Shown piece by piece: positions 41,201 through 52,198 of a stretch of DNA of 64,000 nt. How positions within the stretch are numbered: the stretch's first letter is position 1; every line of letters begins with the position of its first letter. Location: the NCBI GenBank assembly GCA_000004985.1, contig GG738914.1. The stretch is one strand, 5' to 3'. The position numbers and the translations under genes were made by a program. The notes under the pieces were generated by a model. The model was given only the letters and a program-made list of their open reading frames with translations, was not told where the DNA came from and searched no databases. Origin of the DNA: Naegleria gruberi (Eukaryota).

Positions 41201-42860
41201 AAATCAGGTACCACTATCTGAACAGTGGTTTTTATCAAATCCAGACCTGGCTTTTTGAAAAAGTGAGGGGTTGATTTGTAATAAATTGAGGACTTGAATT
41301 TTTTACAATCATAACCTAAACTTTTATTAAGAGTCAACTTAGCAGAATGGAATGGTTGGAAAAATGACCAAGACCAAATGAATCAACAAATGAAAATGTG
41401 AGGTCTTTGAGGTTAGTAATTGGCTCCGTGAAAGTGTGAGTAAATTTCCCATCCACATAATTATCCAAAACAGCAAATACAGTATTGTTCTTCTCAATAA
41501 AACTTGTGATTATTACACTTCTAAAATATTAGTTGCAATTTAGCCATGAAACCACTTACTTTCCACTGCTAGTAAAAGCATATTGAGATTGATTTAAGTG
41601 AAAAATCCATTGATTTGACACTAGCAATGTTCCCTGAAACAGTCTTGACCACCAAATCTGAAAGGGATGTATTAATACGGAAATCCTAAAGATATCAATA
41701 AATTAATTAATTTAAATACTTACATGATTCTTATCTATTAGTCGTAGAATTAAATACCTTTACCATTTTGCCAAAGTTGAGCACATATTTCAACAGAGCA
41801 TCTTTAGTTTTACATAATAAATGATCTTTGGGAAGCAATTCTCCTAATAATTTCAATAACAATCCAATCTTTGATGTTGCAATCTCGCAAAATACAATAA
41901 TAAAGAGAATAATTGTTATTGCTGTAACAACATTCACCGCCTACCCCTTATACAATGATTCGTCAACAATACTACTACTATTGTCATTTAAATCAAATCA
42001 TCCTCCCAATTCTCCAAAACTGAAACTCTCTTGCTCATGAAAAATTACTTCTTGTTGTCCAGATTTCAAATTTGATTCATCTATTCCAATTTCAAATTTC
42101 CAGTTAATAATTGTTCCTTTGTTACATTTTTGCTAATATCTTCATAGTCTCTTTTACAACCTTCTTGATACGTTTTCGTTCTCTGTATGTTTTTGTGTAT
42201 TGAATGTTTTTCTTCTTAACGCTTTTTGATTCATTTTTAATGTTTCATAAATGATAGACTTCTTAATTTAGAAATTCTTCTTTCCCAATAAAAGTGCTTT
42301 CTGTAGATGGTGTTGGAGCCAAGATTAGATTTGAAGAGGTTGTTATTTCAGATAAAATCAATGAAGTAGAACACCTTGACATTCAGTTGGTAGAGGATAT
42401 TTGCTTGACTTTTCAAAATGAGTGTCTCTTCAGTGAAATCAAGGACAAGATCAAAGACTATTTGAGTTCAGCTTTGAAAAAGAGAAGAGTCGAATTGAAG
42501 TTGAATAGTGTTTGTGACTTGTAAATTGGTGTGATGAGTGTGATGTGACAATTCTAAAAATTGAATAAACCAAATTTGTGTGCTATGGTGTGTTAGCCAT
42601 TTAGGAATTGAATTTTGGTGGTCTGTTGTTTTTCGGAATGAGGTAGTTGTTTTTCAAAAGTAGCCGCCCTCTATTCTTTTTTCGAAAAATCAACTCCCGA
42701 ATTTAATAAAACTTAATAGTTAAATACAGGGTACAATTTATGAAAAACACCAACCCTGTTGTTTAGCTGTGTGATTCTGATGAAATGTGGTAGATGATTT
42801 GTGTCAAAGTAGGACCTAAATTCATTTTTTTTTTGCTCAGGTTGGTGGTTTTTTGCAGTT

Positions 42861-42900
42861 CAGGGGTAAATCCCGTCATTAGGGATTTTAAAAAAAATCT
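42861..42900. repeat. Right arm of the inverted-repeat pair
   Basis: caggggtaaatcccgtcattagggattttaaaaaaaatct. Shares a 14-nt perfect core with the left arm in inverted orientation. Confidence 0.35.
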
Positions 42901-43385
42901 ATTAAATAGATTAACAACATATGATATTGGAATTAATTTTCATCCGAACATTCAACAAGAAAGCATAGGTCATGCTAACAACAATATTGCTGGAAATTTT
43001 TGTTAATTATTTTTCATAAATAATAAATCTATTCAATTTTCATCAAACTTACCAATTTCAAATAATCTCATACTGATATTATAATAACATTTAATTGGCA
43101 TGAATCTCAGTAGGCACCATATTTTACCTTGCCTTCCAAAAACAATGTTTACCGCCAAAAAAAATGAATATAATCTACAGCACACGACAACACATTACAA
43201 GCCTAGGGGCATCTGTTCTGGGCCAATTCAATGATAATCGGTGATGGGTGAATGATTGCAAGCAGGACAATGGAGAGTGACTGAAAAACAACCCAAGCAT
43301 TTACCAAATTAAAAAGAAATTCCAACACAATAAGCCGTACTCCCTCTACGGCTCCTCTCCTTGTTGAAATTCGCATTTGTTTGTC

Positions 43386-45302
43386 ATGATGGTGATGTTG
43401 ATGGATTGGCTGCTAGACTGGTTTCATCAGCAATACATGAATCAATTTAAAGTTCCATCATCTTCCCTCTCGAATATCAATCTTCCCTCTAATTTTAATA
43501 ATTACTATGAACTATTTGCTTCATCACAACAACAACAATATAATTCATCGAATAATGATGGTATTCAAGTGAATGGAACAAGATGCCATCCAATACTATT
43601 CAATTCTGGAGGTATTTCTATGGAACCTGAGAATCCAAAGTTCGAATATGGAATTTGTCCTGATACTATTTTCACAGTTATCTTTACAGGCATTACATTG
43701 GCCTTCTCTCTTGGCTTTCTAATATTTGGATTGATTGGAATTATTAAAAAACGAAAGAGTGGACACATCAAGGCAAGAAATCCAATTCTAATGGTTTCAA
43801 CCTTGGTGGCAAGCTTTTCGTTTGTTCTCATTTCGACGTTGAGGTACTTAGTTGGGAGAAAGATATTCCCGTGTGCATTGTTTGCATTGACTTTCTTCAT
43901 TATTGTTCCACTTATTATTATTCCAACTCTATTGAGATCTGTTAGATTGTATTGCATGTTTAAATTGAACATGATAAAGGTTGGAAATAAGAGAATGTCA
44001 ACTAGTAGTGTTCCAACAAACTTGGCAATGAATACTTCACAAGTATCAGCAACAGCTTTAAGACTAGATCTCAACAAAGTGGAACCTGTAACAACAACAA
44101 CAGACCAACAAACAGCACAAATGCAACAATCAGATTTTGCATCACCTGCAGATTCTTCAACAACAACAGATCAGACAACACAACTGCAACAATCAGAAAC
44201 ACCGACAAGTGGAAATGATTCACCTCAACCTGCTCAACAACAAACTTCCACTACACCACGTTCAGTCAAATTTCAGGAAGCAAAATCATCCAACATTGAT
44301 ACAGTGGAACCTTATGATTCTTGGAATGAAGTTTCGGATATTGATATTTTATCTGACATTGCTTCAGATTATGCCCCTCATATGATGGAAGAGGCAGATT
44401 TGAAGAAAATCAGAATATTGACCTTTCTTACTAGTAACAAATTTATTGTAATCACTTATGCTGTTCTCATTCCTATTCATCTTGCCTTTTGGCTTGTATT
44501 AGGAGGTATTGAGGAAGGAATATTTGAAAGAGATCCCACTCAGAAGAGAGTCTTTTTAGAAGATGGAGGATTACTCATGTTCTCACACGGTTGCATTACA
44601 AATTACAAAACTGTAATCATTATTGTTGTACAGGCTGTTCTCTACATACTGGCTGAGATTATTTTACTGATTTTTTGCGTATTTGCAGATAGAGATACAT
44701 GGAAAATCAAAATAGAAACATTCGTGGTAGTGATATTCCAATTTACCTTTACAGTTTTGTTTGGTTGTGAACAAATTAGTGTTATTTATACTCTCATTGA
44801 ATTCATCTTCCCCTCAGGAAACGTTATGGCGACTGCCACTGTAATTGAAGTATTTATTAGTGTAATTTTACCACTCATCTATTCCATCATTAGAGATGAG
44901 CGAGCAAAGAAGTATAGTGGTGAATCTGATTTAGAAAAGGTTTTGAAAAACAAGCGAATGTTCGCCAAATTATTGGAATTTTCAAGAAAATCATACTGTC
45001 CAGAGAATATTCTCTGCTTTAAAGATATTCAAATTTACAAACGATTGAAACAACCTGGAAAGAAAAAGATGGCAGACTATATCTGCCAAACTTATTTGCG
45101 TCAATTTGCTCCTCTAGAATTGAACATGCCTCACTCTGAAACAAGATATGATGATATTATGGGAAAGTTGGAAAGAAAGGAAACTTTGGAAAAGAACTTA
45201 TTTGATTATTTGAGTGTAACATGTCTCAACAATATGCAAGATGTATTTGAGAGATTGAAAGAAACCGATTCATCAGTTAAAGATTTTATCAATACAAAGT
45301 AA
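43386..45302 (+). CDS. Seven-transmembrane receptor fused to a C-terminal RGS (regulator of G-protein signalling) domain
   Basis: ATG at 43386. Seven hydrophobic segments between ~43660 and 44900. RGS-like C-terminus FAKLLEFSRKSYCPENILCFKDIQIYKRL...ICQTYLRQFAPLELNMP...DVFERLKETD. Confidence 0.7.
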   Translation: MMVMLMDWLLDWFHQQYMNQFKVPSSSLSNINLPSNFNNYYELFASSQQQQYNSSNNDGIQVNGTRCHPILFNSGGISMEPENPKFEYGICPDTIFTVIFTGITLAFSLGFLIFGLIGIIKKRKSGHIKARNPILMVSTLVASFSFVLISTLRYLVGRKIFPCALFALTFFIIVPLIIIPTLLRSVRLYCMFKLNMIKVGNKRMSTSSVPTNLAMNTSQVSATALRLDLNKVEPVTTTTDQQTAQMQQSDFASPADSSTTTDQTTQLQQSETPTSGNDSPQPAQQQTSTTPRSVKFQEAKSSNIDTVEPYDSWNEVSDIDILSDIASDYAPHMMEEADLKKIRILTFLTSNKFIVITYAVLIPIHLAFWLVLGGIEEGIFERDPTQKRVFLEDGGLLMFSHGCITNYKTVIIIVVQAVLYILAEIILLIFCVFADRDTWKIKIETFVVVIFQFTFTVLFGCEQISVIYTLIEFIFPSGNVMATATVIEVFISVILPLIYSIIRDERAKKYSGESDLEKVLKNKRMFAKLLEFSRKSYCPENILCFKDIQIYKRLKQPGKKKMADYICQTYLRQFAPLELNMPHSETRYDDIMGKLERKETLEKNLFDYLSVTCLNNMQDVFERLKETDSSVKDFINTK

Positions 45303-45315
45303 GACGAAACACAGT

Positions 45316-45738
45316 TTACTTTTTGAGAATATGATCTTGCATTGCAGAGGCAATTCTTCTAGCCTTACTCAATGCAATGAATCCATGACTAATTTCAATA
45401 GAGGATGAATTATTCATTATCAAACTAATGATACCACCATTCTCACCATTAACTGTAGAAGAAGTGTCAACTGCAACTGTTACATCTTTAATGTCAGCCA
45501 AATTATATTCCTCAGTAGATTCTCCACAACTTCCAAAAATACTTCCATAATTATGAACAACCAATAATTGTTGTTCCTCATCAATGGAATAGTCGGTTGA
45601 TGTTTGTTTGAGAGCAATGCAAAGGAATGGACATCCAATGCATGGACAAATAAAACAACAGACACATCCAACCATTCCAAAAATATTGGCCATAGTGTTT
45701 GGCTCGGCTTTGATGAAGAAGTTATTGTTGTTTGACAT
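45316..45738 (-). CDS. Small Cys-rich membrane-associated hypothetical protein
   Basis: ATG at 45738 (MSNNNNFFIKAEP). CC/CxC-rich hydrophobic stretch GMVGCVCCFICPCIGCPFLCIAL. 140 aa. Confidence 0.4.
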   Translation of the reverse strand: MSNNNNFFIKAEPNTMANIFGMVGCVCCFICPCIGCPFLCIALKQTSTDYSIDEEQQLLVVHNYGSIFGSCGESTEEYNLADIKDVTVAVDTSSTVNGENGGIISLIMNNSSSIEISHGFIALSKARRIASAMQDHILKK

Positions 45739-45999
45739 TTTTTTTGATTTTTGGTTGTTGATGAACTTTTGTGGCTATTTCAATCATTGCGCATGGAACT
45801 TTATTCGAAAGGGCACTTTGCTGACAAAACGTGTTCTTCACATATTGTTCAAGTCTTCTTTGAAAATATCCAAACAATCCTATTTTTTGATCAATTTTTG
45901 TAAACATTTGAAAAACATCACAATTTATCTAATTTCCATAATTGACAAATTTCCAAATCCAAAAGGCATTAGCAAATTGAAAAATTCCATCTTTAAAAA

Positions 46000-46575
46000 A
46001 TGTACACTCCTTCCATCACTGAAACCATCGAAAATCCACCACCAACATCAAAACCAATTAGTGGTGGAAGCAATGCAACCTTCGAACCATCATCTTCAAC
46101 ACCCTTCTCACCAACTGAACATGCAGTACAATTACAATATCCTCCACCAGAATCAAAATCAAATCCTAGTGATACTTATATAAGTGAACAGGTTCCTGTT
46201 TCGAAACCTGTTACTGCACTCATTGAGCCACCAGAATTAAAACCAGCAGTGGCTGCATCTGGTCAACCATCAAGTAATTCACCTCCCAAGACAGATATCA
46301 AAGATCCAAAAAGTTTACATCTTCCACATCTTCATGTACCTTCAATGTTTCATGATAAATCTGATCCTATTCATAAGGTTAATGAATATGATGTTGATGG
46401 AATAAGGCAGAGAAGGCTTATTTATGGAGCTGTATTGGATCGCTTTGTTTATGTCTGTTTGGATGTTGGTGCATTCCTTGGATACCTTTCGTATTTGTCC
46501 ATACGAAATATTCCAGAGCAACAAGTGCTAGAGCTAGAAGATATTCTCAGTTGGCTAAAATTACTTGGATTGTAA
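46000..46575 (+). CDS. Hypothetical P/S-rich protein
   Basis: ORF with ATG start (MYTPSITETIENPPPTSKP). Low-complexity N-terminal half. Coordinate taken from the ORF track. Confidence 0.4.
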   Translation: MYTPSITETIENPPPTSKPISGGSNATFEPSSSTPFSPTEHAVQLQYPPPESKSNPSDTYISEQVPVSKPVTALIEPPELKPAVAASGQPSSNSPPKTDIKDPKSLHLPHLHVPSMFHDKSDPIHKVNEYDVDGIRQRRLIYGAVLDRFVYVCLDVGAFLGYLSYLSIRNIPEQQVLELEDILSWLKLLGL

Positions 46576-46701
46576 TTTTGATATCCTTGTTGAGTGTTTT
46601 ATTGTTGGGTATTCTAGTTGCAATTGTTGTGCCTTCAGTTTATTCTGTTCGTCATCAAAAAATTTAACATTTGATTCGAATAAAAATTTTATTGTAAAGT
46701 G

Positions 46702-47274
46702 TTATCTGTTAAAAATTCCAATTGAAAATAGAACAATTAACACAATCATTACAGCAACCAAGAACATGAATACATTCGAAAATAATACCCCAATTGCAAT
46801 CCATCGACATCTCTCCGAAAATGCATAAACACGTGGACTTTCGGTTGGATTCGATCTAAATCTAAAATAAACTACACTAAATGGAATAAAAGCCAATGGA
46901 ACCATGCAAAACATTGCCAAAATTATGGAAATCAAAATTGCTAAATGATAACTCGATCTTGCATTGTTTCCTTCCACATCAATCACTTGTCCTTTTCCTG
47001 TTGGTTTTTGAATGACTGGTGGTGGTTGTGTTATTTGGGATTTGGAAGGAATTTGTAATTCTGCATCTGCTGGTTTTATTTCTTCTTTGGTTGTGGGGGT
47101 TGAGATTTCTTTGGCATTAAGAGATTCTTCACTTTTATTCGAAAGATTTTCTGCTGGCAAACTTCCATTCGAAGCTTTGGCTGGAGTTTCCTTTATGGCA
47201 GTTTCTGCAATTACTTTAATTTGCAGAGGTGAAAGTTGAGCGAATTGTTCAGGATTCAAAACTACGGTCGTCAT
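46702..47274 (-). CDS. Small membrane protein (two C-terminal TM helices) with a charged N-terminal region
   Basis: ATG at 47274 (MTTVVLNPEQFAQLSPLQIKV). TM segments LAILISIILAMFCMVPLAFIPFSVV and IAIGVLFSNVFMFLVAVMIVLIVLFSIGIF. Confidence 0.4.
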   Translation of the reverse strand: MTTVVLNPEQFAQLSPLQIKVIAETAIKETPAKASNGSLPAENLSNKSEESLNAKEISTPTTKEEIKPADAELQIPSKSQITQPPPVIQKPTGKGQVIDVEGNNARSSYHLAILISIILAMFCMVPLAFIPFSVVYFRFRSNPTESPRVYAFSERCRWIAIGVLFSNVFMFLVAVMIVLIVLFSIGIFNR

Positions 47275-47741
47275 GAGTTTCGAATAGTTTCAATTTTTTT
47301 TATTGTTGATTTCGTCGGTATGCAAATCTGGTGTGAAGGTAAAAGGAAATGTTCTTTTTGTAAATTTTCTTACAATGGAAATCGATCATGAGTGCAGGAG
47401 GATTCTGTCGCTGATGCTAAACTTTCAATTTGTGTAGAAACTCCTTTCGAATTGTTATCCTAAACTTTTTGTATCGAGCATGATCTTTCTTGAACCTTAA
47501 TCTCAATCATTCAACATCTTTGTTAACGGTTTCAATAGTTTCCTTATTAATCTTTCAATATATTTGAAGTTTCCAATAACAAACAATGTTTACAATATCT
47601 AATTAGAAACCTAAGGAGTCAATTTTTTTAATGTGCTTCCACTCCTAGCAGAACTTTCAGAATCTCCGGTAAATTATGTAATCAGAACATCNNNNNNNNN
47701 NNNNNNNNNNNNNNNNNNNNNNNNNNNNNNNNNNNNNNNNN

Positions 47742-48165
47742 CGGTTTATTAGACAAGTTGACTTTTGACAGAGTCATTTTCACAGGACATTCTCAAGGAG
47801 GTGCCGTCGCCATGCTATCCATCTATGATTTCCTCTTACACTATCCTAAATACTCCTCCAAAATTGAGTTAATCACTTTTGGTCAACCAAGAGTAGGTCA
47901 ATCAAACTTTATCGAAAAATTCAAACAAATTCTTTCCCCGCCAAAATATACTCGTCTCGTTACAATTTTTGTAAATAAAGACGCAAAAGGAAATGGAAAA
48001 AGCGTTGGTGAAGATTTGGTCTCTCAAGTTCCGCCGCCATTTCTTGGATTTAAACACGCGGGAAGTAAGGTAAATGTTGTGTGCACTGCGTTGAGTATTA
48101 CAAAGTGTCATGATATGAATACTTATTTGGATGGTGTTAAGGCTGGAAAATATGTTGAGAATTGA
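47742..48165 (+). CDS. Class-3 (fungal-type) lipase, C-terminal part only. The 5' end lies in the 47693-47741 N-gap
   Basis: FTGHSQGGAVAML (GHSxGG nucleophile elbow), ITFGQPRVGQ (lipase_3 motif), then ..DGVKAGKYVEN and stop. Confidence 0.6.
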
Positions 48166-48236
48166 GTTGTTTGAATTAATTTTTGAAAATATACGAAAGG
48201 TCTGTAATAAAAATTAATTTAAATTTTTCAAAAAAA

Positions 48237-50018
48237 ATGGAGGTCGAATCTGAAGAATTATTCGAATCATTTTTTTATTATTCAAAATCGGAGAAAATTC
48301 AACAAGTAATTTTACACGAAAATCAATTATCACCACTCGGATCAGATGTTATGCAATTAATTCTTTCCTTTCTGCAACCGATTCCTTTCTTATTTCAACT
48401 AAAACGAGTTTCGTCTAATTGGAATAAGTTATGCGAAAGTTGCATGAAAGAAAGTTGTACAGAATTATATTGGGATGAAAAAACAGCAAGTTCTCTACTT
48501 GGAAATCTAAAGAAACATGCAAAAAAGTTGTGGCAATTTCCAGAATTTTATGAAGATGAAAATTTATTAACAAATTCAAAATCTGAATCAGAAAGTACTT
48601 TTGAATTTGTAAAGAATTCAATAATGCTGCCATTTAAAAGTGGAAATTCAATTGAATACATGATGTTTGGATTGTTTAGGAGTGTATTATTCAAATTTGG
48701 CAAGTTGAGCTCACTAATTTTACATAATGTTAAGGTGAATGCTGGATTGCTTTATTTATTATTTGTGGAATGGGGAAAGGAGTTGGAACGAATCAAATTC
48801 ATTAATTGTATTGTTGATTTTGGTTTGCCGAAACAAATTACTTGTCAAGATGATGTCAATTCCCATAATAGTTATTGGCTTGTTTCAGATTTGAATCAAA
48901 TACAGAGCTTGAAATTTGAGATTCCAAGTCAATTACCTGATCTTACAATTCAAAAAAGTCTTTTAATTGAAAATTTGAAGAAAGCCAAGATGAAAGATAT
49001 CTCATTTAGCAATTGTTCAATTGATAGATCACTTGTTTTGAATCATACGCATGCTTCTCACTTTTCTCTGGAATTAATGTGCTTTTTTTCATCAATTGGA
49101 AGTTTGGAAACTGCTTATTATGATTGTTTTGAATTTAATGAAACTTTTGATCAAGACAGGACCTTCTTTAAAAAGCTTGTGCCAAATGTCAAGTTTAATA
49201 TTCCATTCTTCCTTGCAGTTAAGCAACTGTTGGACATTTTACCATTTGAAAAAGTTGTAGAATATTTCAAATTTGACATGGAACGTAATTATTCGTTAGT
49301 GAAGAATAGAATGAATGCTTATCAAAAGAGAAAAATACGAAATAAGGAAGAATTAATCAATTTTTACTATGAAGTTTTTCCCTCATTTGCATCATTCCAT
49401 GTTAGGTGCTCTCCTTTTATATTTGATTTATATTACAAAGATTATAGAGGATTCAACATGCTTCAATCGATATTGTCTTCTATTTATTTTAGTAGAAAAC
49501 ATCAAACTCATCTGCTTGATTTCATTTTTGATTATTTTTCTTTTTACAATGAAGATACAAACTCTGTAAAAGAAAGTACTGAGATTTTAAATGAATTATT
49601 TGCATCAAATAATCGAGTGGACGGGAGAAATTCGACCTTTATTGTAATTTCATATGAACTGACATTCATGTTTGAAAAGATGGTTAAACATAAAGTTCAT
49701 TTCAATGCCAAAGATAGAGAAGGATCAACCATAGCTCATTATCTAGCTCAGGTAGGAAATGGTTCAACATTACAAAAATTAATTGAGATATTGGACAAAC
49801 TACCAACTGTGGAAGAGAGGAAATACTTTTTAGATTTAAACATTCCCAATAATCAAGGACAAACTGCAGCTATGATTTGTTACAATGAGAAGAAATTTGA
49901 ATTATTGGAATATTTGATGCAAATTGCTCCAAGATATGGAATTCTTGCTGCAAATGGCATGCCATTACAAAAAGATAATGTTTCAGTACTGGAACAACAG
50001 TCTTGCTCTTTAATGTAA
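48237..50018 (+). CDS. F-box-like / ankyrin-repeat protein
   Basis: ATG at 48237 (MEVESEELFESFF). F-box-like DVMQLILSFLQPIPFLFQLKRVSSNWNKLC. C-terminal ankyrin-like repeats (GSTIAHYLAQVGNGSTLQKLIEIL, NNQGQTAAMICYNEKKFELLEYLM). Confidence 0.5.
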   Translation: MEVESEELFESFFYYSKSEKIQQVILHENQLSPLGSDVMQLILSFLQPIPFLFQLKRVSSNWNKLCESCMKESCTELYWDEKTASSLLGNLKKHAKKLWQFPEFYEDENLLTNSKSESESTFEFVKNSIMLPFKSGNSIEYMMFGLFRSVLFKFGKLSSLILHNVKVNAGLLYLLFVEWGKELERIKFINCIVDFGLPKQITCQDDVNSHNSYWLVSDLNQIQSLKFEIPSQLPDLTIQKSLLIENLKKAKMKDISFSNCSIDRSLVLNHTHASHFSLELMCFFSSIGSLETAYYDCFEFNETFDQDRTFFKKLVPNVKFNIPFFLAVKQLLDILPFEKVVEYFKFDMERNYSLVKNRMNAYQKRKIRNKEELINFYYEVFPSFASFHVRCSPFIFDLYYKDYRGFNMLQSILSSIYFSRKHQTHLLDFIFDYFSFYNEDTNSVKESTEILNELFASNNRVDGRNSTFIVISYELTFMFEKMVKHKVHFNAKDREGSTIAHYLAQVGNGSTLQKLIEILDKLPTVEERKYFLDLNIPNNQGQTAAMICYNEKKFELLEYLMQIAPRYGILAANGMPLQKDNVSVLEQQSCSLM

Positions 50019-50045
50019 TTAATGAAGAGCAATTTTTTGATCTAT

Positions 50046-51121
50046 TTAAAAGAGGCCACCAAAAACAGGGCCTTCTTCCTCTTCATCTACTGCTATGGCA
50101 ACGAAACTAGGGTGTTCTTGGTCCTCTTCATCGACTACTACTCCTTCATTTGGAGATTTGAAAATATTGTTAGCATTATCAGTTGGGGAAAGCTTGTTTA
50201 CAATATTCTTCATTCCAAATTTGTTACAAGCACACAAGAGTGCTTGTTTGGTATCTTCATCCAATTTACTTCCAATAATTCCATAATTTAATCAAGTATA
50301 TGTGAAAAAATTAATGGATTACAATCAATGAAATAAATTGGATCATCAAACTGTTTTGAAGCTGGTGTTTGATAACATGGATATTCACCATTGAACATTT
50401 TCTTAAACAAGTTATCAGGTTCTTGTTGATTGGAGGTGAAATCTCCCAACGAAACTGTCATTATAGTTCCTCTCACATTCAAGTGAATTGGTTTGTTGCT
50501 ATTTTCGAGCTTTTCTCTTGCCAATACTTGATTTTCAAATTCGTTCATTCTAGTTTCCAATAATTCTTCTTTCTTTCTAAATTGGTCTATTAATTGTTGT
50601 TCAAGGGATGCCAATCTATCTTTTGAAACAGTCAATAATTGTTCATTTTCAGTTTGTAATGCTGCCATCCGTTCCAGGTGTTCTCTTTCCAATTTACTCT
50701 TGAATTCTTCGACTTGTTGATATGCTTCATGGAGTGGACAGTACTTTTCTTGATGGTCTTTCAACTCACCTCTCAATACAATATTCTTACACATGCCACA
50801 CTTGACTTTCAATTTATCCAACATGTTTCGAATAGTTTTGGCACTTGCTGCACAATTCTTCTTGAATCCACCTTCGTTACACAATGGACAAACCGTTACA
50901 TTCTCAATACATTTGGCACAGAAAGTATTTCCGCATGAATTATGGGAAATTGGATCCACGAAAGGATGTAAACAAATAGAACAAATTAAATCTTCATCAA
51001 TTTCCTTCTCTACATAATCGAATAGCACTTCTTCTTTCTCCTCCTTGATCAATGGTGTGTTGGAGGAAGTTATTGACGAGTTGGCTATTAGCTTGCGTTG
51101 TTTGAGTTTTTTTAACCCCAT
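50046..51121 (-). CDS. RING-finger / TRAF-type zinc-finger / coiled-coil / BTB(T1, KCTD-like) protein. An apparent 1-nt deletion in a T-run near 50285-50290 splits the BTB domain
   Basis: ATG at 51121. RING CSICLHPFVDPISHNSCGNTFCAKCIENVTVCPLC. TRAF-zf-like KCGMCKNIVLRGELKDHQEKYCPL. Coiled coil. T1-like IHLNVRGTIMTVSLGDF...YFIDCNPLIFSHILD, then stop. The -1 frame continues LNYGIIGSKLDEDTKQALLCACNKFGMKNIVNKL (T1 C-terminal consensus). 'gatTTaaat' in place of 'gatTaaat' would fuse them. Confidence 0.6.
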
Positions 51122-52198
51122 AGTGTCTATTTTTTTGTGATTGTAATTCTAATTTTTGATTTGTGACACGAACACTTGTCATTGGGATTTACGGAATCAG
51201 ATTGTGATCAACAGTTGGTAAACCAAGGACAATAATGATACATTCTTTTACAACGAAATTAAATCGCCAAATCAACCAAGAAAATTATTAGGTAGAGTGG
51301 ATAGTCAAACATGCTTCTTGTTTCCGAGTGTAAGAAAATCTACATCAACCTGAAATATTTACAAGTTATCGTGTACATCCAATCATAGCTTGACCAAAAT
51401 TGATCAAATAAAGTGCTACTGTTGACCATTCCGAACAATCATCAATATGTTTTCCCATCAATTTTATAATAGTATTTGTAAATTCAATTTTAGTGATTTT
51501 TGGTGAACTCATAATCAATGCTGAATCTACAACTGACAAGTTGAGAAGGAACGTAGTATCGACGATATTCCAAGTTGTAACTTTCCATCTTCAAAAATAA
51601 TTTCCAATTTCATGATAATAATCCAACAATAAAAATTTCTATTATTACTACTATTTAAATAATGTTGAGATGATGATGTGAAAGTTTGGTGCTTTCATCA
51701 TGATGTAAAACCACTCCGAAAATCATCATGTCCTCCTTGCCACATTTCCTTTAATATTTTTTGATAATTTTTTTTATTATTAAAAAATATCAAACTCTAA
51801 CTTGGAAGCAACAACAGCTGCAATGGTCATCACGAAATAATAATTTCCAGATATTTGCTCCTTTCATCATCATTGCTTCAAATAATATATCCAATATTGA
51901 TGGAAATATTACAGTTAAAAAACCATCATGATGAATTTCTTTTAGGGTTCCTCTCGCACTCCAATGCGAGTTCCGATACAAAATTATCTTTGGAAGGTTC
52001 ACAATAGTGTTTGATGGATGAACTGAAGAATTCACATAGTAATAGAAGACTTTTTTGACATTGTTGATGCTTATACCCTACTGTAATTGAAGCCTAAAAA
52101 ATCACATTTCCAAAGTAAGGTAGGAGTCAAACGTGGATGGATATCTCAATTGTCCATTTTTCAAAAGTCCTTTTAACCAACAGAAAAACATCAAAAAA

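Noticed and set aside
41340-41700. Possible small intron-containing gene on minus strand (MLLLAVERSVIITSFIEKNNTVFAVLDNYVDG... with a 39-nt GTAAGT intron)
   Set aside because: Alternative exon joins give early stops. A 39-nt intron is shorter than the two confirmed introns (63 and 122 nt). No recognisable domain. Too speculative to list as a feature.
42294-42524. 76-aa ORF inside the inverted-repeat-bounded segment
   Set aside because: No ATG (GTG start only in the bacterial table) and no recognisable domain. Possibly an exon remnant or TE relic.
43565-44077. 170-aa minus-strand ORF
   Set aside because: Antisense to the TM region of the 7TM-RGS gene. Hydrophobic mirror-frame artifact.
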